This document shows, in pieces, positions 8,785 to 16,786 of a DNA stretch of 24,108 nt. The notes beneath the pieces were generated by a model, which ran no database searches, had not been told where the DNA came from, and saw only the letters and a list, made by a program, of their open reading frames with translations. The stretch lies in the NCBI GenBank assembly GCA_965215565.1, contig CBDCDZ010000001.1, positions 1 to 24,108 on the forward strand, read 5' to 3'. The position numbers and the translations under genes were made by a program. Origin of the DNA: Trueperaceae bacterium (GTDB lineage Bacteria > Deinococcota > Deinococci > Deinococcales > Trueperaceae). Numbering within the stretch: the stretch's first letter is position 1; every line of letters starts with the position of its first letter.

Positions 8785-10092
8785 TCAAAAACGTAGTGAG
8801 TCAGCACAGATCCGACGAAGCTCTTCTACGCGTATGTGTGCGAGATGCACGCTACGGGCGCCCCAACATGAGTGTGTAGCGTTAGTCATGACCGCAAAAG
8901 TTGTCAGATCGCCACTTGGGCTCACTGTTACGCCAGTAACATACTCAAACCTTGGCGCTTTGGTCGTTTGTTGTAATTTATCTATAGTTTTCGGTCTCGT
9001 TTCCCCTGGCGTGGAGAGGAGGGCGAATGGCGGCCGCTCAAGAAGTAGATGGGCGGTGCGTGGCGGCTCAAACTGATCGCTGCGCAACATTAAGGTATCC
9101 CGACCTTGATAAGCACCTACCGACAAAGAGAACTCTACCTCACCGCCGAAAGATAATTGAATTTGCTCGTGTGCGTCCGGCTGGAACATCAGGGCATAAC
9201 CGTCGTAAAGTGTCCTGGCTGGCTGAATGCCCAACAGATTCGATAAATAGTCTAGCCGGTCAATAGTTTCGTTATAGTTCTCCCAGTCAAACGGCTTACC
9301 GGTTCGAGAGGCTTCTATACGCTCATTTGCAGTAAGCAAACGAATGTTGTATAAAGCGTACGCTTCTAAATTTACGAATGCCACCTCTACGTCGAAGTAA
9401 CCACTGGGAGGTTCATCCGGAACCCGCAACTCACAGAGCCAGCGGTCGTCCGCGCTGTAACCGAGCGTACGGGAATGCGGCGGAAACAGAGACTCCGGAT
9501 CTTCGTGACCAGAGGAACGGAATCTTTGAAACGAAACGACCTCGCTGGTCGGCGCGGTTTCTTGAAGTACAGTGTCGCGTTTTCCAACAGTAAGTATAGC
9601 CGTCTCGCTCAAGACCCGGAAGCGACTTAACACCGATGGAGTGGTACGCGCGAGCATGCGCACGTACTCAGCCATTCTGCCATCGTCCGCGATATCGGTC
9701 TCGGTGAATAAAAGAGATGTACACTCGGTGAGGGATGCAGCGTCGCTGAAGCCCGCCTGAACATGTCGGAAGTACAGTCTCTCCTCCTGATCGTGGAGGT
9801 AAACCAGCAACACGGGATAATTGGCGGCCAGCCAATATTGAGCGTCGTCCGGTCGCACCCGCAGTGAAAACGTTCCGTCCTGCCGGTCCTGCCGATGAGA
9901 CGCACCTGACTTCACCTGAAGACCGATCAAGAAGTTCTGCGGTGACGAGGCGATTTCTACCTCAATGTAGCAGTCAATCCCAAAATCCTCCCGTGGCTCG
10001 CCTTGGAAAATTAGATCGTGACAATCACAATACCTCCGGACTGCAGTAACGCCAGCGTTGCCTACGGATGCGTTGCGACTCCTTTTCTTCAT
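8785..10092 (-). CDS. DUF4365-like PD-(D/E)xK nuclease-domain protein with unknown C-terminal region
   Basis: N-terminal VGNAGV...EDFGIDCYIEV...IGLQVKSG...YWLAANYPVLLV pattern; AGGAG RBS. Confidence 0.85.
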   Translation of the reverse strand: MKKRSRNASVGNAGVTAVRRYCDCHDLIFQGEPREDFGIDCYIEVEIASSPQNFLIGLQVKSGASHRQDRQDGTFSLRVRPDDAQYWLAANYPVLLVYLHDQEERLYFRHVQAGFSDAASLTECTSLLFTETDIADDGRMAEYVRMLARTTPSVLSRFRVLSETAILTVGKRDTVLQETAPTSEVVSFQRFRSSGHEDPESLFPPHSRTLGYSADDRWLCELRVPDEPPSGYFDVEVAFVNLEAYALYNIRLLTANERIEASRTGKPFDWENYNETIDRLDYLSNLLGIQPARTLYDGYALMFQPDAHEQIQLSFGGEVEFSLSVGAYQGRDTLMLRSDQFEPPRTAHLLLERPPFALLSTPGETRPKTIDKLQQTTKAPRFEYVTGVTVSPSGDLTTFAVMTNATHSCWGARSVHLAHIRVEELRRICADSLRF

Positions 10093-10509
10093 CTAATACT
10101 CCTAAAAATAGAAGCGGGGAAGGTGTGGCTAAAACATGCAAGTTTGTACGACTTGTTATGAGAAGGACAGCGCCCAACTAGTAATTGTACAAGATTAGAT
10201 TACGTGTAAGACCCTTGTGGGAATGATTGAACCACATATACTTTGAGCCGTCTCTGAACAGTCCGGAAAAACACGCGCGTCTCGTCTCACAAGCTGCCGC
10301 GGTGCTCCTCTGGTCCTTGTTGCGCTTAACGCCCGGAGATGCTTTAGTCCCGCTCCCGCCATATCACTCCGCAGCGTGGCAAGCTTCTGAGACTGCTAGC
10401 TGATCGCCTTCAGCAGCGGGCGGAGTCAGATCGGCTCTACCCTCCTGTAGCGGGGGCACCGTCGCCTCTAGCAACTGCCTGACAGCGTACATCAGGATAG
10501 GCTCTAATT

Positions 10510-11550
10510 ATGGTGCTTTGTTCAAACTGCTTTGAAGACCACGGGCTGAGGTTAGATGCAGAAAAGATTGGTGCCGAAGATGATTCCGTTTGTCCGCACT
10601 GCGGCAAGACATCGGGGCGCAAACTAGACGCCGATACGCTTGGTGCGCTTGCACATAGGTTCTTCGTATGGGGAACCTTGCTTCGCTGTGAATACGGTGC
10701 TGCGCCGCTTGTACAGTTCAATCAACACCAGAGTACCAGCATAAATACATCTCCTTGGCTCGCAAACGATATTAAGCTCATAAGTGAAACTTTGGGCGTC
10801 GGCTTCTTCTACTATGGACCAAATCTATGGATGATCGGTGAAGTGGAGCCTCTAAAGGCACTGCAAGAACCGGTCTCAAGAGCATCAGTCATCGAGAGGA
10901 TTCTTGCTGAATACTCGACAACCGTGCTTGAAAAGTCTCAGTTGTTTTACCGCATTCGTAAGGCCCCTCAGAGCCCGGAGAACGCGAACGAGTATGACAG
11001 TCCACCGTACGCACTTGCGGGGACAGGGCGACTAGATTCGCCCAACTTCCCCGTCATGTATAGCTCGCAGGACCTGGAAGTTTGCATCCACGAGTGTCGC
11101 GTGACAGCAGAGGATGATTTGTACGTTGCAACTTTGGCGCCGACTAGGGCTCTTAAACTCCTCGACTTGTCACAGCTGCTTCAGGAGGAACACGTCGCGG
11201 AGTTTGAGAGTCTTGACATTGCTGTGCATATGCTTTTTCTGGCGGGAAAGCACTCTTACGAAATCTCAAGAGATATAGCCCGCGTTGCCCATGCCGCTGG
11301 GTATGACGGACTTGTTTATCCATCCTTTTTCAGTCTGATGCGTACAGGTAGCAAGCCTCTTGAAACTGCTTATGGAATTTCACATCGGCGCTTTCCATAC
11401 TTTCATGAGTACGAACAGGCGAAGACGATCCCAAATTTTGCATTGTTTGGGAGACCGCTGGAGGAGGATAAGGTGGTCGTCCACTGCATTAACAGATTGA
11501 TATTAAGTTATGTACAGTATGGGTATCACTTTGGCCCAGTGGGCTTTTAA
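10510..11550 (+). CDS. RES-domain protein (putative NAD+-degrading toxin fold) with N-terminal Cys-rich domain
   Basis: FYRIR, GRLDSPNFPVMYSS, CIHECR, YEISRDIA...GYDGLVYPS, NFALFG; N-terminal CSNC and CPHC pairs; TAGGCT box 6 nt before the ATG. Confidence 0.85.
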   Translation: MVLCSNCFEDHGLRLDAEKIGAEDDSVCPHCGKTSGRKLDADTLGALAHRFFVWGTLLRCEYGAAPLVQFNQHQSTSINTSPWLANDIKLISETLGVGFFYYGPNLWMIGEVEPLKALQEPVSRASVIERILAEYSTTVLEKSQLFYRIRKAPQSPENANEYDSPPYALAGTGRLDSPNFPVMYSSQDLEVCIHECRVTAEDDLYVATLAPTRALKLLDLSQLLQEEHVAEFESLDIAVHMLFLAGKHSYEISRDIARVAHAAGYDGLVYPSFFSLMRTGSKPLETAYGISHRRFPYFHEYEQAKTIPNFALFGRPLEEDKVVVHCINRLILSYVQYGYHFGPVGF

Positions 11551-11763
11551 TTGTAAGCCCAACAAGGTTCCAAGACATAGCCATTACCACCGCTCTGGCC
11601 GTACCCGCTTGGCTGACCCCGCCGATTTCGTGCGTCTCACCACAGAGCAACACGGTTGCGGTAAAGCGTCTTTTAAGACTTTCCGCAAGTATCCCGCCCC
11701 CTCAGCCTGCTAAGATGCTCCAGGATTCCAGTAGTCAAAGCTAAGCTCCACAACACCAGGAAC

Positions 11764-12557
11764 ATGATGACTTCCGCCATCACCGAAGCCAAGAAGGACC
11801 ACATCCAGAGCGAACTCGAGCATCTCGAGCACTCCAAAGAGGTACGCGTCCTCTACACCGTCGAGTCCGGCTCCCGCGCCTGGGGCTTTCCCTCACGTGA
11901 CAGCGACTACGACGTGCGCTTCATCTACTTACGTCCGTTAGACTGGTATTTGTCGGTTGAAGGGCGGCGCGACGTATCGAGCACGCGCTCGAGCCCGACT
12001 TAGACCTGAGCGGCTGGGACTTGCCCAAGGCGCTCGCCTTGTTCCGCAAATCGAACTCGCCCCTCTTGGAGTGGCTGCACTCGCCCATCGTCTATAAGGA
12101 GGATAGGCGCTTTGTTGAGAGGTTGAAAGCGCTCCTCCCCGACTACTCGCCGCGCGCTTGCATGTACCACTACCTGCACATGGCGGGCGGGAACCTGCGG
12201 GAGTATCTCAAGGATGAGCGCGTCTGGATCAAGAAATACTTCTACGTGCTTAGGCCGCTCTTGGCTTGCAAGTGAATAGAGGCGGGACGCGGGGTGGCAC
12301 CGATGGCGTTCCCTGTGCTCGTCGAGGCGATGGTGGAAGATGACGCACTCAAAGAGGCGATAGGAGAGCTGCTCGAGCGCAAGCGTGAGGGTGAGGAGCT
12401 GGACGAGGGGCCGCGGGTAGAGGTCATCAGCGACTTTATTGAAAGGGAGTACGAGAGGCTGGACGTTAAGCTGGCGGACTTAGCAAGAGGGGACTTGTCG
12501 TTCGAACCCCTGAACGAGCTCTTCAGGCGCACCCTGCGCGAGGTCTGGGAGAGCTGA
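11764..12557 (+). pseudogene. Pol-beta-superfamily nucleotidyltransferase (YcgL/Nuc-transf-like), disrupted
   Basis: ESGSRAWGFPSRDSDYDVRFIY, then a 1-nt deletion near 11975; the other frame continues IEHALEPDLDLSGWDLPKAL..SN..LLEWLHSPIVY..KKYFYVLRPLLA; in-frame TGA at 12273-12275 (probably from TGG) before the C-terminal part. Confidence 0.85.
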
Positions 12558-12641
12558 GCATAAACCCTCTGTCGAAAACCCACCGACATGCTGGCGCTCG
12601 GCGTGGGTATGCACAGGCGTTCTCCGTGGCAACGGCTGGAC

Positions 12642-12703
12642 GACTTGCGAGTCATGAGGAAGGGGAAACCCATGAGTCATAGGAAAGGCAAATAACCCAT
12701 ATT
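12642..12703. repeat. Array 1 of AACCCATGAG-like boxes (3 units)
   Basis: GACTTGCGAGTC at 12642, AACCCATGAGTC at 12667, AACCCATATT at 12694. Confidence 0.7.
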
Positions 12704-12823
12704 TATCGAGGCCGAAATGGGCAAACGGGGTATAAGCCACGCCGATGTCAACGCGGTTTTGTTCTATACTGACTTCAGAAGGTGGTCTCAGCACATAAAC
12801 CAGATCGTCAGGAGGTGAGCGCG

Positions 12824-13036
12824 GTGGCGACGACCATAGCCAAGACCAATCTGCACGACATGGACTTCGAGGCGCTTCGTGACTATTTCGTGGACGCGCT
12901 GGCCGACCGCCAAAAAGCCCAAGCCGTGATGAACGCGTCGCGCCAAGCGCCGCTGCTCAAGCGGTTCACCGGTTCTGAGGGCGTGATGCTCGGCGACCTC
13001 TACAGCAGCATCCTGAACAACCACGCGCGCGCCTGA
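12824..13036 (+). CDS. Small hypothetical protein (70 aa)
   Basis: AGGAGG 8 nt before GTG 12824; TATACT at 12765-12770 upstream; GC3-rich codons. Confidence 0.7.
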   Translation: MATTIAKTNLHDMDFEALRDYFVDALADRQKAQAVMNASRQAPLLKRFTGSEGVMLGDLYSSILNNHARA

Positions 13037-13064
13037 CCCCGGAGCGATAGACAAGAGCGCCGAG

Positions 13065-13337
13065 GTGACATGCTCCCCGCTCTAAAGAGACGGGGCTTCT
13101 CGGGCAACATATGCGTCCACAACCGCTGCGTTAGCGCCCGAAGGCCACGCCCCTGGCCCGGATGACCTGCGCCGCTGCCACATCGCGCTGCATCTCACAA
13201 CCGCACTCGCACGAGTGCCAGCGTGTTGAGAGGAGCTTCTTAGCGACGCGACCACATTCAGGGCAGGTCTGTGAGGTATACGCGGGGTCAACAGCGACTA
13301 TTTCACGGCAAGCTTCTTCCGCTTTGCTCGTGAGAAT
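13065..13337 (-). mobile_element. tnpB: IS200/IS605-family remnant: 3' end of tnpB plus right end (omegaRNA region)
   Basis: ILTSKAEEA...VDPAYTSQTCPECG...RWHSCECGCEMQRDVAAAQVI (Zn ribbon and RuvC-III), stop at 13131, then GAAGCCCCGTCTCTTTAGAGCGGGGAGCATGTCAC subterminal hairpin ending in TCAC. Confidence 0.9.
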
Positions 13338-13401
13338 AACCCATGAGCCATAAACGAAGGGAAACCCATGAACCGCAGCAAAGAGGAGAAACCCATGAGC
13401 C
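13338..13401. repeat. Array 2 of AACCCATGA(G/A) boxes (3 units)
   Basis: AACCCATGAG at 13338, AACCCATGAA at 13363, AACCCATGAG at 13390. Confidence 0.8.
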
Positions 13402-13471
13402 GCCCCCTCGAGCCACGCGCCCCTACCCAATGAGCAGCCGGAAAAGGCTCGTCCAGGAAAGCCGTGACGCC

Positions 13472-13530
13472 GTAGTGCCTACAACCGCCCAACCTGTAGT
13501 GCCTACGTCGCGCCTGTAGGCACTACAGGT
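13472..13530. repeat. GTAGTGCCTAC direct plus inverted repeat cluster
   Basis: GTAGTGCCTACA at 13472-13483; 15-bp perfect inverted repeat ACCTGTAGTGCCTAC (13492-13506) / GTAGGCACTACAGGT (13516-13530). Confidence 0.85.
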
Positions 13531-13831
13531 CCGCCACCATCCTTTTGCGGTCCTCTATCTTGAACACGAGGTCCCCCTCCAGCTCCCGGAGCTTCACGAG
13601 GCGCTGTCGATGGAAAGGGTTAGTGGGTTCGTCCAGCTGCGAGCGCAGACGGTGACGTATCTCCTCCCGGACGCCCTTAAGCTCCTCCTCGAACGCGGCG
13701 ATGGCGCTCTCTAGGGTGGGGTGCTTGCCTAAGTAACAGATGACGTGCTGCCTGACCTTGCCCTTCTTGCGTGTGGTCATGACTAAGGAGTAGTAGGTGC
13801 GGGTGCCGTAGTGTTTGGCGCGGATGTACAT
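13523..13831 (-). CDS. Small basic protein with IS1634-transposase-N-terminus-like beta-sheet domain and C-terminal coiled coil
   Basis: MYIRAK...RTYYSLV..TRKKGKVRQHVICYLGK resembles the IS1634 N-terminus; GGAGG RBS; no DDE domain follows. Confidence 0.7.
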   Translation of the reverse strand: MYIRAKHYGTRTYYSLVMTTRKKGKVRQHVICYLGKHPTLESAIAAFEEELKGVREEIRHRLRSQLDEPTNPFHRQRLVKLRELEGDLVFKIEDRKRMVADL

Positions 13832-13864
13832 GGAACCTCCGGTTCAATCGGCGATAGACGAGGA

Positions 13865-13960
13865 AAGCCATGAATCGCAACAAGAGTAGGTGACTCGTGA
13901 GTTGTAACAAAGAGGGAAACCCATGAGTTATGCAAAGCGCAAGAAACCCATGAGTTATGC
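13865..13960. repeat. Array 3 of AACCCATGAGTT-like boxes (4 units)
   Basis: AAGCCATGAATC at 13865, GACTCGTGAGTT at 13892, AACCCATGAGTTATGC at 13918 and 13945. Confidence 0.8.
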
Positions 13961-14074
13961 GAACAGGTGAGCGCTGTCAGGGTGGACGAGGCGCGGGTCG
14001 GGGTGCGCCTCGTCCGACATGCCTTTACCCTTTCATGCCTTTCTGCTTTAGACTCGAACTCCACAGGAGGCGTT

Positions 14075-14206
14075 ATGGATGACGACCGTAAGCAGACCAC
14101 CAAAGAAAACATTGACCTCGACAAGAGTTTCGAGGGGCAAAAGGAAAAAGTAGACGTGATGGAGCGGGAGATGGAGGAGGAGCGCGAAGAGGATGACGAG
14201 GGATGA
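14075..14206 (+). CDS. Very small acidic protein (43 aa)
   Basis: AGGAGG RBS before ATG 14075; MDDDRKQ...EMEEEREEDDEG. Confidence 0.55.
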   Translation: MDDDRKQTTKENIDLDKSFEGQKEKVDVMEREMEEEREEDDEG

Positions 14207-14227
14207 ACCTCGTCTTGAAGTGAGACG

Positions 14228-16786
14228 TCATGCCGCCTCCGCTGGGGGATTCTGTTGTCCCTCCGCTTCGCCGCTCCACGACTCGAGCACAACCCCGCCC
14301 TTGGCGGTGACGACGCCCCAAAGCCCCTTGTCGTCGAGCAAGGTACGCCTAGCAGCCAGTTTTTCGGGCTCCTTGAACTGGCTCACCATCTCTTGAGACG
14401 GGTCAACAGGAGCGGGAGACTCGAGCCACACGCACGGGTGACGCGCTAACAGGTCCTCCGCCCAGGCGAGATAGCGCCGCGTTTCCTGCTCAGGAACGTC
14501 GGCGTGAGAGGCTTGTGGTTGGTTTCTTGTGTTGGGTTCATCAGAAGTGCTCGAGGGGGATATCGCTCCCTCTTTCGTGCCAAACGTACTAAGACCCTCA
14601 AAACTGTGGTTAGAAGGGGGTTCGTTCCTGTACGTTTGCTCACCGTCCTCCGTACTGGTGGTACGTTTCACCCCCGCGTCTGTACGTTCGCGCCCCTCGT
14701 TATCCTCCAAACCGTCGGCGGCTTCCTCCCATTCCGGCGGGGTTGGTCCATTTTGCACGTTCGGTACGTTTTCTGGTACAAGGTAATCCTTCTGAAGATG
14801 AATCGTCGCGCGCACCTCACCCGCTACCGTCAGGCGTTTCGTGCTGCGGTCCTTGTCGCTGCTGACGAGGAGCTCTCGCTCCCCCATGCGCTTGTACAGG
14901 GTGCGCTTCGCCATGCTGAGGTTGTCGCCCTGCGCCCGCGCCAGCTTTCGCACGCTCGCGTAGGCGGCGTCGGGCTCGAGAAAGAGCGCGTCGTCAGAAA
15001 CCCAGCCTACACGCTCCCCCTGCGACTGCCATTCATCGCAGGTAAAGTTGGTGCCGGGGGTTTCGCAGCGCCAGCCCCAGCGTTGTGGCTCCCGTGGTAC
15101 TTTGCCCGTTTTGGCGTCAGCGAGGTGGGCATGACCGGAGGCAACGGCGGCGCTCAAGAGTTCTCCAAAGCGTGTGACTGGGTCCTCAGTCTCCTGGAGC
15201 CCGCCCTGTTTGGCCGCGGCTTCGCCGATGGCGGTCCAGCTCCTTTCCCACAGGTCGGCTTGTTCTGCGGAAGTAATGACACCCACCTCGAGCGCGTACT
15301 GCAAGAGCATGTGCAGCCCCGCCGCCAGGGCCGCAACTTGGTCCGGGGTGCGGCGGTGGGTGGCGTGTCTGGTGGCTCGGTCGCGGAGCGTCCGTTTGAG
15401 CTTGGCTAGCTCCGTTTTTAATCCGTCCATCCGCGGCGCCAGCCAGCGTACATAGCCTGACATGGCCGCGGCGTAGCTCCCGTCGCCTGCCTGCTGTTGC
15501 GCGACGGTCAGCGCGGCGGGGCGGACGTCGCCCTTCGTTACCTCTAAGAAGAACACCCGCGCCCGGAGGCTGTGCCCTTTGGGGGCGTCCTCGCCGCTCG
15601 AGAGGATGAGTCCGCGCGGGTAGTAGGCGGGCCTTAAAGAACCGTCCGTTCTCATCCGCTCTCGGCCCGCCCGGTTGCCCTGCGCCCGTAGCAGGCGCTC
15701 GGCGTCGCGGTGGGCGCGCGCCACGTCGCTCTGGGAGCCGGTGGGCGAGAAGTCGTCGATGGTGAGGAGAGCGTCTTTGGCGAGGAAGGCCTGCTTCTCG
15801 AGCGCGTTGGCGGTGGACGACCAGTTGGCGGGGAGGTTGCGCCCATCAAAGCCCGCCCCGAAGTGAGCTTGGGCGAGGGCGGTGAGTTCGGTTTTGAAGG
15901 TGCCGGTGAGTCCCAACAGGAACACCGACAGGTCGGCTGGGGAGGCTTCACCCAAAGGTGCCAGGTAGATGGTGGCGAGGAGGGGGAAAGAGAGCCGCGG
16001 GGGGGCGAGCTCGAGCAGGCCCAGAGAGGTGCGCACCGCCTCACGCAGCGCCTCGCCCTCCGGCGGGTCCGGGAGTTCGTAGCCGCTCAGCCTGGAGTCT
16101 CCGGGATGGACCTCCACATCGGCACAGGTGCCGTCCGCGCCGACCGCGCCAGCGGCGTGGAGGTAGAACCACTTGTCGTCAATCTTGCGCCAGCCGAGGT
16201 GGGCGTACACGATGTGACGTGGTACTTCACCGCCACGTTCTTGAATCGCCACCCGCAGATGGTCGTTCGTCGATTGTCCGGCGAAAACCAGAGGTGCCAC
16301 GCCCCACGCTTCGGTAACCCATTTCATGCCGGGGTAGCGGGCGGCGGGCACTTCGGTAGCGGGTAAAGGTTGACCGTTCTTGAGCTTGCCCTCGATCACA
16401 AAGGTGAAGGTCTTCTCGGCACCGTCGTCCCGTATCTCCTCGCGGATGATGCTCGCGTCGAAGTTGCAGAGGGGCACAGGTACCGGACCAAACTCGGTAT
16501 CTTTGTCCCGGTGGAGTGCCCCGTTGATGACGCGGTAGGGGCTCGTGTTCTCTCCCTGTTGTGTCCGCTGTTCCTTCTGAAGTTCAATATGTTTGAAGTC
16601 CTGCCAGTCTTTGTAAAGGGCGCGGTAGCCTACGCCGGTACTCTTCCCGAGTGTTTTGAGCACCTGCTCCGTCTGCGACGCCAGCAGGCCAGCGTCGAAC
16701 ATCCGGGGGTAGATGAGGCGTTGCGCCCTCTTCACAGACTCCGGCTCGGCGGCTCGAGCCAGCCTCATGCAGCGCTTAAAGCTCAT
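14228..16786 (-). CDS. DUF927-like P-loop NTPase / replicative helicase of an integrative element
   Basis: Walker A-like GLTGTFKT, Walker B LLTIDD, HLGW motif, SSGE and SLRARV; ATGA overlap with the primase stop; last ~190 aa are low-complexity. Confidence 0.75.
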   Translation of the reverse strand: MSFKRCMRLARAAEPESVKRAQRLIYPRMFDAGLLASQTEQVLKTLGKSTGVGYRALYKDWQDFKHIELQKEQRTQQGENTSPYRVINGALHRDKDTEFGPVPVPLCNFDASIIREEIRDDGAEKTFTFVIEGKLKNGQPLPATEVPAARYPGMKWVTEAWGVAPLVFAGQSTNDHLRVAIQERGGEVPRHIVYAHLGWRKIDDKWFYLHAAGAVGADGTCADVEVHPGDSRLSGYELPDPPEGEALREAVRTSLGLLELAPPRLSFPLLATIYLAPLGEASPADLSVFLLGLTGTFKTELTALAQAHFGAGFDGRNLPANWSSTANALEKQAFLAKDALLTIDDFSPTGSQSDVARAHRDAERLLRAQGNRAGRERMRTDGSLRPAYYPRGLILSSGEDAPKGHSLRARVFFLEVTKGDVRPAALTVAQQQAGDGSYAAAMSGYVRWLAPRMDGLKTELAKLKRTLRDRATRHATHRRTPDQVAALAAGLHMLLQYALEVGVITSAEQADLWERSWTAIGEAAAKQGGLQETEDPVTRFGELLSAAVASGHAHLADAKTGKVPREPQRWGWRCETPGTNFTCDEWQSQGERVGWVSDDALFLEPDAAYASVRKLARAQGDNLSMAKRTLYKRMGERELLVSSDKDRSTKRLTVAGEVRATIHLQKDYLVPENVPNVQNGPTPPEWEEAADGLEDNEGRERTDAGVKRTTSTEDGEQTYRNEPPSNHSFEGLSTFGTKEGAISPSSTSDEPNTRNQPQASHADVPEQETRRYLAWAEDLLARHPCVWLESPAPVDPSQEMVSQFKEPEKLAARRTLLDDKGLWGVVTAKGGVVLESWSGEAEGQQNPPAEAA
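14583..14770. repeat. GTACGTT iteron-like cluster within the helicase 3' region (candidate ori)
   Basis: GTACGTT at 14630, 14661, 14682, 14764; GCACGTT at 14755; inverted AACGTAC at 14583. Confidence 0.6.

Noticed and set aside
8682..8879. 65-aa plus-strand ORF with a nearby GGAGG
   Set aside because: Overlaps the DUF4365-like gene's 3' end, RBS spacing is poor and there are no recognisable features; at most a remnant.
11555..11600. GCCCAAC just after the RES stop codon, resembling the start of an integron attC site
   Set aside because: No matching GTTRRRY end or paired L boxes were found, and the integrase is not IntI-like.
12273..12275. Selenocysteine or recoding at the in-frame TGA of the nucleotidyltransferase
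   Set aside because: Context (K-x-IE) fits Trp, and the gene also has a frameshift, so decay is the simpler explanation.
13044..13056. Partial matches of the putative omegaRNA guide (CGATAGAC at ~13852, ~19014 and on the minus strand at ~8503)
   Set aside because: Only 9-11 nt, and in the guide's distal part rather than the seed; compatible with chance.
12642..13960. CRISPR array interpretation of the AACCCATGAG repeats
   Set aside because: Repeat core is ~12 bp and degenerate, period is 25-27 bp, only 3-4 units per cluster, and no cas genes are present.
14504..16366. Long plus-strand ORFs (301 aa, 218 aa) and similar antisense ORFs over int, hsdM and hsdR
   Set aside because: Shadow frames opposite well-supported GC-rich genes; no motifs or RBS.
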